Shown piece by piece: positions 12,581-22,830 of a stretch of 64,000 bases of DNA. This stretch comes from Schizochytrium sp. TIO01 (Eukaryota > Protista > Bigyra: Labyrinthulomycetes): contig SMSO01000036.1 in NCBI GenBank assembly GCA_004764695.1, forward strand, positions 2,480,001 to 2,544,000. Direction: 5' to 3'. Numbering within the stretch: the stretch's first letter is position 1; every line of letters begins with the position of its first letter. The notes beneath the pieces are model-generated. The model was not told the DNA's origin. It did not search any database and was given only the letters and a program-made list of their open reading frames with translations. The position numbers and the translations under genes are program-made.

Positions 12581-13381
12581 TCAGCATGTAACAACATCAA
12601 TAACATCAACAGCCAATACCACATATTTCGCCATCATGGACGAGATGTAGCTGGGGATGACGCTACTTTCGTTGTGTTGGGTGCTAAATGCTTCAACTTT
12701 TACCTTTCAACTCGTATATTTTACATCATTTAAAAACAGAAGAAAGAAAAATGGCAGAAAAGAAGAGACCTCATTCGAATCGGATTGTTAGCTTTGGGGT
12801 TTTGTTTGGTGACGGACTCGGTCGGTTTGCCTGCCTTTTTTCCCTTTCTTTTTTCACGCCCGTAACAACACGAAGAAGCAAGGATCAAGACGTTGATTAG
12901 CGGATATGAACCAAGGATTTGCTTGTCACTTTGACACAAATAGTTCTGGCTCAAACTTTGGCAAGAACAAGGAAAAGAGAAGAAGAAGAAGAAGAAGGAA
13001 AAAAAAAAAAGAGGTTTCTCCTGTATTAAGCATACCTTCATTCATCCGCGTGGTGGCGCCACGAAATTTAGCTTGAATAGCAAGAGAGAAAAAGAAAAGA
13101 AAAGAAAGAAAAGAAAAGATTAATATCGCCTCAAACAACGAAGTTGGCAGCCGCAAAATAAGCACTGGAATGTGGAAGTTGAGACGCTGCATGCACATAC
13201 AAACGTTGCAGCAAAGCTCGTATAACCTGCGCCTATTTCTATATTCTTGGTATTCATAACTTTAAACATAAAGTTCTATTGCTACCCTTTTACTAATATG
13301 CAAATTTGCTCAATCGCCCCCCGCCCCCCCTTATCGTTGTTGTGTTTCTACGTCATGCTGTGTTTGTACACCAAGAAAGAT

Positions 13382-14788
13382 TCATTCAGTTTCTTGGGTC
13401 ACCTCCTCTACCTTTGCCTCTGCTTCTGCGCCCCGGACCTCTCGCTCTAAATCTTGATCAAGTTTAATCCCGGCAGCGTCCAAGGCCTCGCAGACCCACA
13501 AAGGTACCTTATCTCCAGTGAATTGGTTACGCAAGAATTCGTTGACAAACGCCGGGTACCGGTCCTCCAGGATAGCCTTCCGCATCTTGCGAACAAGCTG
13601 TAAAAGATACACCAAATTGTGATGCGTGACAATGCTTGCAACGCCATTATCTGCGGCCTGCTTAAAGAGAAAGTGCAAACTAGCACGTGAAAAAGCGGGA
13701 AAACTAGCCCCTTCCTTTGCCGGGCGACAAGCCTGGCAAGGACAATTCGGCGAGATTGGGCTAGCATCCGAAGCGTACTTGGCATGTTTGAGTTTCATGA
13801 GCCCAAAGTCCGTGAACGCAGTGCCAAACCGGGCCGTGCGAGTTCCATACACAGAGTCATACATGTCAACACCAAGTGCGCTGCAGACAACAATATCTAG
13901 AGGATGTCCCACGCCCATGAGGTAACGCGGCTTATGCGTCGGCAGATGGCGGCAGCAGACATCAACAACGCGCCAGAACTGGTCTTTGGACTCTCCTCCA
14001 GCAAGGCCTCCAATGGCGTATCCTGGAATATCTTCATCACGTTTGGCCATCTCGGCCAAGCATCGCTCGCGAAGACCGCCTGGAGCCACATCCAGACCAC
14101 CCTGGACGATTGCGAAAAGGTTTTGATGCTGAGGTCCGCTCTTGTAGCCATTCTTGGCATCCTCCTCACCACCACGTTTATGTTCCTTAATACAGCGGTC
14201 AAGCCATCGAACTGTGCGGTCCGTAGCCTCTGCAAAGCGCTGATCGTCCACAGTACAAGAGTGGATGACATCGTCAAGCATCATCACAATATCTGACCCG
14301 ATTCGATGCTGCGTGCGAATGGACTCTTCTGGCGTGAGCATGAGTTGAGTTCCGTCGGAGGGAGACTGAAAGTTTACACCTTCTTCAGTAATCTGCGCGA
14401 GACGCAGCAGCGAGACCATTTGGAATCCACCAGAATCCGTCAAGATGTTACCATTCCAGTTCATGAATTTGTGAAGACCTCCCATACGGCGCAAGCGGTC
14501 CGCACCGGGTTGGTTGGCGAGGTGGTAGGTGTTGCCGAGAAGGATTTGACAGGAGATGGGATCATCCCGCATCTCCTGCGTTGTGATGCCTTTGATCGTG
14601 CCCTTGGTGCCCACGGGCTGGAAAACCGGCGTCGCCACAGGTCCATGAGGCAGACGTAGCGTCAAGGCGCGGGCCCTGCCGCACGTGCTCTCTACGCAGA
14701 CGCTTAGAGCAGGTCCACACACAACGAAGCCATCGTCACCGGAGGCAGTGGAGACCTCTACCGCGGGCGTGCCATCGATCTGCGCCAT
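13382..14788 (-). CDS. QTRT1: Queuine tRNA-ribosyltransferase catalytic subunit (eukaryotic TGT), 468 aa
   Basis: Motifs TPVFQPVGT, GNTYHL, TDSGGFQMVSL, LDDV, QGG, GGLAGGE, YLMGVG and the Zn site CPCQAC...H. The Val and Gly at the specificity positions are of the eukaryotic queuine-inserting type. Confidence 0.95.
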   Translation of the reverse strand: MAQIDGTPAVEVSTASGDDGFVVCGPALSVCVESTCGRARALTLRLPHGPVATPVFQPVGTKGTIKGITTQEMRDDPISCQILLGNTYHLANQPGADRLRRMGGLHKFMNWNGNILTDSGGFQMVSLLRLAQITEEGVNFQSPSDGTQLMLTPEESIRTQHRIGSDIVMMLDDVIHSCTVDDQRFAEATDRTVRWLDRCIKEHKRGGEEDAKNGYKSGPQHQNLFAIVQGGLDVAPGGLRERCLAEMAKRDEDIPGYAIGGLAGGESKDQFWRVVDVCCRHLPTHKPRYLMGVGHPLDIVVCSALGVDMYDSVYGTRTARFGTAFTDFGLMKLKHAKYASDASPISPNCPCQACRPAKEGASFPAFSRASLHFLFKQAADNGVASIVTHHNLVYLLQLVRKMRKAILEDRYPAFVNEFLRNQFTGDKVPLWVCEALDAAGIKLDQDLEREVRGAEAEAKVEEVTQETE

Positions 14789-17650
14789 GGTCTTGGCAAC
14801 GGGGTCGATGCAGACGGATGGATGTCAGTGGCGCGAGAGAGCGAGAGAAGAGCTCTCTTCCTTTGAAGTGAGCGAGCCGCTTGCTGAGAGGAGACGTGCG
14901 CGGGTCCCGGCTTTCAACGGGGAGCTGAACGCAAGCGCCGGTAGGAAGACGGCACGCGAAGGAGCGCGCCACGCCCCGCAGATTGCTTCTTTGGCGCGAA
15001 CTTTTAATGTCGATCGTTGTCCGAATCCCAATAATATGTGAGGGAATGGAACATCCAAAAACAAGCAAGCAAATACAACACAAAATATGCAAAGTACCCG
15101 CCTTCTTCTAACTAACAGCTGAGACTCCCATGTGAAGAAGATTGCGTCTTCAAGATAATCGAGGCTTCGGCATGAACTCCAGACAAGACATTGGCCATGA
15201 GCTGCTCAGCCTCGATGAGGTTGACAATTTTTAGTTGGCGGTCGTGGGGAAGCATTGGTCGAAACCAGTGCGTTTGTGGTGGGCTGAGGACGAAACCTGT
15301 GGCTCGAGAGGGGACCTGAAACCTTTGGCGAATTATGCAGAACAGCAAATCAGTTCTGGAGATGCATTCAGAGTATGCCGACTTTAGAGCACGAGGTTTG
15401 TTTGAGGAGGGTATCGGGAAATCTGTAGTCGAGTCGCAGTTTATGATCAGAGCACGCACATCAATCAAGCCGAAGCTTGCTTCGAACTTCTGGCTGAGAA
15501 TCGAGCTCGAGCACAATGCGCAGACTGTCTGGATAATCTAGCTGGCGTGGCGGATAAGAGAAAACCTCAGCTCAGGAGAGGTCACTCTCGAACTTGGAGT
15601 GACTTGTTTCGCGTGGCGTGCCTCTAGACACTTATTTCTTCAGCTGGGAACCCTTTCAGCTCCTCGCCACCTTTCAGAACTCATACACGGTTTGCATATT
15701 CGAGGCAGCTCCGGCAATGGTCCTCGTGGAGGTCTTCACTCGCTACGCAAAGTAGTGGTCAGTATCGATCTTGATTGATTGCGATGCAGTATCGCATCCC
15801 ACAGATTCCTAAACATTCCTCGTAGGATTGCCTCGAAGAAAGAAGTCACGCCGCCTTCAGTCAGAATGGAAGTGGCCAACCCCCACGCCGAGGATGCCTC
15901 CGGCCCGTATTCAACTTGCCAGCCTCCGCAGGCAATCCCGCCTGATCGACCGAATATATATATCCAAGTTGTCAACTTCTCCGTAAGACCTTTGACGTAA
16001 GAACTGTGCTCTCGGTACCTAGAAAGGTATACTATTATTATTATCATCTTCAATTTATTCTTAATCCTCATTATCACAACGATTAAACGACGTTATGAAA
16101 AATCAAACATTAACGAAAGAAAGAAAGAATGAATGAAAGAAAGAAAGAAAGAAAGCGTCAATCTATCATGGGCATCCATCTTCCCATGAGTGGCCACGCT
16201 CCCTTTGGGCCTACCGTTTAGCGTAGGTAGCTTTAGTGCTCATAGATTAGGAGTCGCTCGCAGTTTTAAGGTCAAAAACACCGAGACGAAGTCGAAGCTG
16301 GGTCAAGAAATGAAGAAGTGTTGAGATTGAAGTTGAAAACGTGAAGGGGCGATACCAGAAGGGGGCTACTTAGTGACCTGCTCTCCTGACGAGACTTCAA
16401 AGATCCTGGCTTGCATACACGCCAGGATGTCCACTTCTTATTTTGAGAAGAAAACGGGAAAGAAAGAGAATCTTTATTTAAATAAAATTATTATTTACAA
16501 AAAACAAAAAAACAAAACAAAAAAAACTCATTTGTCTATATTTATATATTATTTTTAGATTCTTTTTTATCTTTCAAGTGCGCAAGTAGGTTGTATTGTT
16601 CTTTCCCAAGCAAGGACGTGCATATTGATGTGTGAGACACCGAAGAAGTCTAAGTGGCCGTGTCGTAGTAGTAGTTATGATGTACTTAGACCAGGGCTGT
16701 TCATTTCTGCTTCTGTACATGGGCAAAAATTGCTACAAACGAGTTCATCCCATCGAAGAGGTGGATGTGGCGCAAAGAGTTTATGCCAAGTTACGAAGCC
16801 GCGGATTATTGATTGAACTGAGGAGGGTGGCTGACAGGTGCTCTGGCCGAGGTTGGTCATTGCCCAAACGTGTTTCGCGAGCAGAGTTGTGTTTTAGAAA
16901 GCCTTTATTTGCGGTCTTTTCAGAAAAGTTTATTGCTATATTGCCTTTATAAAATTTTTATAATGGATGGTAAAAGGGATCATGAAATAAGCAATAGTGA
17001 CGCATACATATATGTTCACTCCGCTCAAAGAATAAACACAAATCGAGGATCAAAGCGAGTGCCGAGGCCTTGGCCACTCACGATGGTCTCTGCTGCGCTG
17101 ATGGCGATGAGGCCAGCGGACACGCACCTGAAACAGGTCCAAGCACGCATAAACTCGTGCGAGAGCTGAAAGCGGCCATTAGAAAGTCACTGCGATCGAC
17201 GTTAAAACTATGGTAGGAACGTCATATTTACAGTTAAAAGAAAGATATTCCTCCTTTCCTTTTCTTTTCTTTTTCTTGGTTTTTTTCTTGATTTTCTCAA
17301 CTTCTGCAAGCGTGGGTTCCTCAGGAGTATGTATCTAAAAATGTACAAGGCGACCACGCATTAAAACGCAAGCATCGGTGGTTGGACCCCTTTGTCCGCT
17401 GCCTCCTCGGGCCTGCAGCGATACTATTCCTCTTCTGCAGACTGCAGTCTAGTACTGGAGTTGAGTCCGGTTCGTGGAGCGGTCTATAGCCTATAGTAAA
17501 CCACCAATAGGCCTTTTGCGACATAAAGTAGAGAATACGCAGAGCAAGTAGAGTATAGTCGGTGCTGCTGCTTGACACTTTTTTAGTAGCTGCAGACCAT
17601 TTCAATCAATTTATCTTTAAATGATTGTGATTATCTTCAAGTTTTGATGG

Positions 17651-17704
17651 ATTGATGTATTGATGTATTGATGTATTGATGTATTGATGTATTGATTGAT
17701 TGAT
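17651..17704. repeat. (ATTGATGT)5 plus (ATTG)n tandem repeat
   Basis: Directly visible tandem units. Confidence 0.85.
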
Positions 17705-18009
17705 TTTGCAAACTAAAAGTAAAATCTTTGAATGATTGATTCTAAAATTGATTAGGTTAGCTAATCGATACAGTAAGTAGAGCACCACTACCAATGGTAC
17801 ATGAGTATATTTTCTTTTAAGTTTAATGCGACTCGAAATCATGGCACTCATTGAGCGTATAAGAAGAATGTAGAAAAGAAGAAGAACATGATATGATAAC
17901 ATTGGAGTTGTTATCGCTTACTTTCGCAACCACGCGTAGTAGTGGAGCAGAATCCTAATTCGAGGTCGGATCGCGACCGGAGGGCGCGCTCGGCTTGGAT
18001 CGGGGCAGG

Positions 18010-19530
18010 ATGCAGTTCCGGCACGCCAAGCAAAGCCGCGACCGCGATGCCTTACGATATGAAGGGCCGAAGCTGGTGGTCTCGGTGGTTGTCTTCCTAG
18101 GCGTGTCCGCGATCATCCCGCTGTACAACAAGGTTGTCTTCGAGGGTGCCGCGGGAGATAAAGGCTTCCCGTACCCGCTTACAATGACGTTTCTGCAGCT
18201 CGGATTCACAGCCGTGGCTCTGACGATTGGCGAGGTGTTCCGCAGATTTTGGAGGCTGGCATGGGCTCGACGAGACCAGGATTACTACCACCCGGCGACT
18301 GTCCTGCCAACGCAGAATTCTGCATTACTTCGCGAGGGGAGCTGCTCAAGCATCACGAGCACCCAAAGCGAATTCCCATGCGGCCACATGGCTAGTCAAG
18401 ACAGCCCTGACGAAGCACACGAAGAGCATACGGCTCTACGCATTGATAGAACTACCTTCCAAGGACAGTCTGTGGACTCACTGAGCTCGTTGCGACCGGA
18501 CCATGAGGAGATGACTTATGAAAGGCTCCTCGAGCAGAGCTGGATCTTTGGTCCTGATCTGTGGTACAAAATGAGAATCACAATGCCTATTGGCACCCTC
18601 TTTGGAGCAAAGTACGCCGTTACTAACTGGGGTCTCAAGCTCGTTCCGCTTGCACCGCATTTACTCCTCCAGGCCACCGACCTTATGTTCACAGTGGTGT
18701 TTGCGCACATGATCAACCGTGAGCGCCTCAACAGACTTGAACTGATATCCTGCATCGGATCCACCTTCGGCACAGTCCTCGTAGCATACCGCACGAACCA
18801 GCTCCTCCCGCCTGGCACGGGACTCTATGCCGTGACCATCAACTTAATCAGCCCCGTACTGCTTGGTCTCTGTGTCACGCTTCTACGCAAGGCCTCTCAC
18901 CATTTGCTTGTGCGAGAGGCGGGTCCCTTAGGTCGCGTTCCCGGGATGAACCCGGTTGAACTCACCGCAATTAAGCTCTGGTGGAGCTGTGCTGTAATTT
19001 TCCCCTTTGTGATTCTCTTCGAGGACGGTGGCTTGCAGAGGCTGGGCATCTCTGCACCCAGTAGTAACATTCCCGTCTCAGTCTTTGCGCAGACAGAGAG
19101 CCCTGGACTATTTTTGGCTGCTCTCGGAGGTGGTGTGTTTATTCTAGTTTTCCAGGTCAACATGACCTGGATGAGTACAATGGCCACTGCTGTCACGGTG
19201 GGCGTGATCGGCAGTCTCAAGGTCTTTCCACAGTGGGTCGTTGCCATCCTTTACGCTGGTAATCTCGACCTCAGTCTCACAAATGTCACAGGAGCGTTTC
19301 TTCTGCTCCTCTTTTGCACGGTATGGGCCTACTCCCGCTACGACGCAGCAATCACTGATTCCAGACTGCAATACACCACTAAACCAACGAAACGCCGATC
19401 CTCCTCGATCCGCCGCCACCAAGCTCGTGTACATCGAAACTCAAAGGGCTACGGATCCATCGGTACCGGAAGCAACGCTAGCTCACTCAGTGAGACCACT
19501 GCGTTGCTAGCCAAGCAAGCACCAGCGTAA
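18010..19530 (+). CDS. Triose-phosphate/nucleotide-sugar transporter family protein (DMT superfamily, SLC35-like), ~506 aa
   Basis: YNKVVF...FPYPLTMTFLQ start motif, TNWGLKLV, TAVTVGVIGSLK and about 10 hydrophobic segments. First ATG is 18010. Confidence 0.8.
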   Translation: MQFRHAKQSRDRDALRYEGPKLVVSVVVFLGVSAIIPLYNKVVFEGAAGDKGFPYPLTMTFLQLGFTAVALTIGEVFRRFWRLAWARRDQDYYHPATVLPTQNSALLREGSCSSITSTQSEFPCGHMASQDSPDEAHEEHTALRIDRTTFQGQSVDSLSSLRPDHEEMTYERLLEQSWIFGPDLWYKMRITMPIGTLFGAKYAVTNWGLKLVPLAPHLLLQATDLMFTVVFAHMINRERLNRLELISCIGSTFGTVLVAYRTNQLLPPGTGLYAVTINLISPVLLGLCVTLLRKASHHLLVREAGPLGRVPGMNPVELTAIKLWWSCAVIFPFVILFEDGGLQRLGISAPSSNIPVSVFAQTESPGLFLAALGGGVFILVFQVNMTWMSTMATAVTVGVIGSLKVFPQWVVAILYAGNLDLSLTNVTGAFLLLLFCTVWAYSRYDAAITDSRLQYTTKPTKRRSSSIRRHQARVHRNSKGYGSIGTGSNASSLSETTALLAKQAPA

Positions 19531-19620
19531 ACTAGTAGAGGCAGATGTTTCATCTGCCTTTTGGAGAAACCCTGGGTTTCTTTCTCTCTTTTTCTTTTAG
19601 TCTGTATGCACGCGCAAGCG

Positions 19621-19622
<2 letters not shown>

Positions 19623-19652
<30 letters not shown>
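19623..19652. repeat. (TC)15 microsatellite in the 3' flank of the transporter gene
   Basis: Directly visible. Confidence 0.95.
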
Positions 19653-19656
<4 letters not shown>

Positions 19657-20402
19657 ACTAGCTTGCGATGTTTTTGTTGCTGATTAAAAGGAGGGCTCCT
19701 CTGTAGCTTTTCTCAATACCTTTGATGTTATTGCTCTAATTCTCCCTCACTCTTTCTTCGCTTGGTTTGGCGTAGAAGTCTCAAGTATGACAAGATTTTG
19801 ACGTTAAAAGTTAGGTTCCTTTCTATCTATACATGCGCGCTTTTCCCCACTGATGTAAAAACTCAAAAGTGTCGCTTCAAGTTGGTACCCTGGTAACCCT
19901 TTACCCCCTCTCGCTTCCTCTCTCCCATTAAGTACTAGTGCTACCTTTCTCTTTCATGTTTTGCTTCATGTTTGCTCATTTCTATTTTAAAATCGAAAGT
20001 CTCTAGTGTGAATTTCGTTTGGCTTTCATGAAGAATTGAACAAATCTCGAATTTCCGACAAGATTTGATACCTCTCGATTTGCTCTTCCCCATGCCTGCT
20101 TTAATTTTATTTTTACATTTATCACTTACCCAAAGGCCACAAATTAGCTTCTGTAATTAACATCATCTCCTGATATCTAGCTGCATTTCTGAAAGAGCGT
20201 CATCAAAACACTAGCTAGAACCCCAGGTGATTATACTATTCCACGCCGTTCAGTTTTGTATATTTTTATGCAAAGAATCTATGAATCTGCAAACTGAATT
20301 AGCGCACTTCATCGAGCATGGCCCATCATCACAGAACCTGCCACTCTCAGTGCCATTGCTCATTCTGACGTAACATCATCGGCACTATAGCGGCCTATCC
20401 TC

Positions 20403-20620
20403 CTCCTAAAGAGGCCCAACGACCTTTTCTCTTTCTCTTTTCTTTTATCACGTCGGACAGAGCGATCCTTCGCATCGCAACGGCGAAGAAGCAGGCAGAA
20501 GGGACTTAATTAAATACGGCGTCCTAAAAAGGAACGCATTAATAGTTCTATATGAAGGGCCTCTTTTTGGACCGTCCTAAAATATGTAGTAATAATGGAT
20601 AGGGTACGTCCTAAAAGAGG
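20403..20620. promoter_or_regulatory. Cluster of five GTCCTAAAA(R)AGG-like motifs upstream of the proteasome beta-2 gene
   Basis: CTCCTAAAGAGG 20403-14; CGTCCTAAAAAGG 20520-32; reverse GTCCAAAAAGAGG 20560-72; CGTCCTAAAA 20573-82; CGTCCTAAAAGAGG 20607-20. The regulatory role is inferred from position only. Confidence 0.45.
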
Positions 20621-21000
20621 GCGGTAAGTAAGATTCTTAGTAGTTAGCTAATGTGGCTAATAAGAGAGAGGCAAATAAATAAATGAAAAGGATAAAATAG
20701 AGAGGAAGAAGAAGAAGAGCGAATAGCAAAGAAGCGAGCAAATCAAAGACGCGAAGAGGTCGCTGAGACCGACTTTGCGAAGGCAAGCGACAGGGTTTCT
20801 GCGTTGAAGGGAGGCTTCAGTCGCTGTTCCTGTAACTAGATTCTGTACTGATTCTGCTGTGTCGGTCGCATAGGCGGTTCGACGGTTGTGGATTGACAGA
20901 TTGGGGGAGCGAAGCTTCTTCTTCACTATCTATCTACAGTAGATAGATAAACCAGCAGAGCGCTTTGAAGAGAAGCTGCGTGTTTGCTTGAGCAAGAATA

Positions 21001-22290
21001 ATGGTTGAGGAGATTCGTGCCGACAAGGCCTACCCGCATGTGGACGGAGGCTTTAACTTTGACAACTTCAAGCGCAATGTCTCTATTATGAACGCGTCCT
21101 CTGGCATCAAGGGCACTATGCCCAAGGCCTGGAAAACCGGAACCACCATCGTTGGTGTCGTCTTTGACGGCGGTGTTGCCCTTGCCGCCGATACCCGTGC
21201 CACGGGTAATGTAATTGTTGACAAGAACTGTGAGAAGATCCACTACATTGCACCCAATATCTATTGCTGTGGTGCTGGTACTGCCGCTGACACAGAAATG
21301 ACTGTAAGTTAGAATTCGAGTTGGATCTTATAACAAAGGCCGTGAATCATGTGCTATGTTTTGCTGATGTGCAAACCTGCCCGCACAAGGCATGCTGAAA
21401 GCATAGTCGTGGGTATTTATTTCTATTATATAGAACGATGAGAAGAGTCTTGATACATAATTATTTGTCTGGGAAATGCAATGCCGTGTTCACTCACTAA
21501 CTCTTCATTACAATGTGGATAATTTACTGCGTTTGATTTCGGGGTGACTTCTTCAATCGATTGAAAAATACTCAGACTGGCCAGATTAGTTCTCAGCTGG
21601 AGTTGCTGCGCCTCAACACAGGCAAATCTTCACGTGTTGTGACAGCTATGACTATGCTTAAGAGGCACTTGTTCAACTACCAAGGTCATGTTTCCGCCGC
21701 ACTGGTCCTTGGTGGTGTTGACTCCACTGGTCCTCATCTTTAGTAAGTTTTATTGGTCTATCCCTCATCCTGGTTGCCACCAACATTCTATTTGAAATTT
21801 CAATTCATGGCGGTGGATAATGGTTGCATATCTACACAAGAAGACTGACAATGCATTTCTCTTTGAACTATGCCTCTCCTTTACCTTTCCCGTTTACAGC
21901 ACCGTATACCCTCACGGATCCACTGACAAGCTCCCTTACGTGACCATGGGATCTGGTTCCCTTGCTGCCATGTCTGTTTTTGAGACTAGCTACAAGGATA
22001 ACCTCACCGAGGCCGAGGCTATCGACCTCGTCGCAGAAGCCATTAAGGCAGGTATCTTTAACGATCTCGGCTCCGGTAGCAATGTAGACGTGTGCATCAT
22101 CACAAAAGACAAGATCGACATGAAGCGCAACTACATTACCCCCAACGACCAAGGTCCTCTCCGTGCCTCTGTCAACAAACCGGCTACCTTCGGCTACTTT
22201 CCCCCTGGCACCACCAAGGTCGTCTCCACCAAGGTCGAGAAGCTCGTCTCGGTCACCACCGATGTTGAAATGCTTGACGCTGCCTCTTAA
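21001..22290 (+). CDS. PSMB7: 20S proteasome subunit beta-2 (PSMB7/PUP1), 3 exons: 21001-21303, 21576-21742, 21900-22290 (286 aa)
   Basis: Propeptide GGFNFDN, cleavage site KTG|[36 protein letters not shown] and [19 protein letters not shown]...CAG introns at 21304-21575 and 21743-21899 restore the frame (split codon TA|C = Tyr). Confidence 0.96.
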
Positions 22291-22830
22291 ACACAGTCAT
22301 TACAATATACTTTACCCTTTTGACGTCTTCTTCTGTTTCACAACTGCAATCCTAAATCTGCGCATTCCTTCCTGCTAACGCTTTTTAGTTTTATCCTCAA
22401 CCTTCGTTGGCAGGTCCATGATGCAGAGCCTTGCCAACCATCGTTTCAGTCTCTCCCAGCCTGCGACTAACTTGCTTCAGCCTGATCTGTAAGTCTTGAT
22501 CTGCAATTGCTGCGCCCTCTGAGCCGTAGAGCCCAAATCATGCGGGTTCTAATAATTTACATTTTCTTCTTCTTCTAAGTATCCTAGTAGTAGCACCTTA
22601 GTAGCTAGTTCTTGTTTATGTTTTACCCTAGATTTAAGATAAACTACAAAAGAAAGGTTATGATGAAGTGACTTTGGAGAAGCCAGAATCGCTTCACTCA
22701 AAAGCGCGAACGCGATCGGAGGGAGAGAACCCTACGTTTTGCGAAGCTTCGTTTTGATCATTTCCAGAAACGAGGTTTGCGGAGCGTCGGAGCTTGCTTG
22801 GATGCCATCGATTTAAACAAGAAGACCCAA

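Noticed and set aside
15284-15296. CTGAGGACGAAAC resembling a hammerhead ribozyme core
   Set aside because: No stem II between CUGANGA and GAAA, and no matching stems I/III.
15112-16077. Coding-looking minus-strand ORFs (134 and 113 aa) upstream of QTRT1
   Set aside because: Non-ATG or implausible starts and no recognisable motif; a pseudogene cannot be supported.
21353-21407. Hairpin with an internal loop in proteasome intron 1, suggesting an H/ACA snoRNA
   Set aside because: No properly placed H box or second hairpin plus ACA; an Infernal/snoReport scan would be needed.
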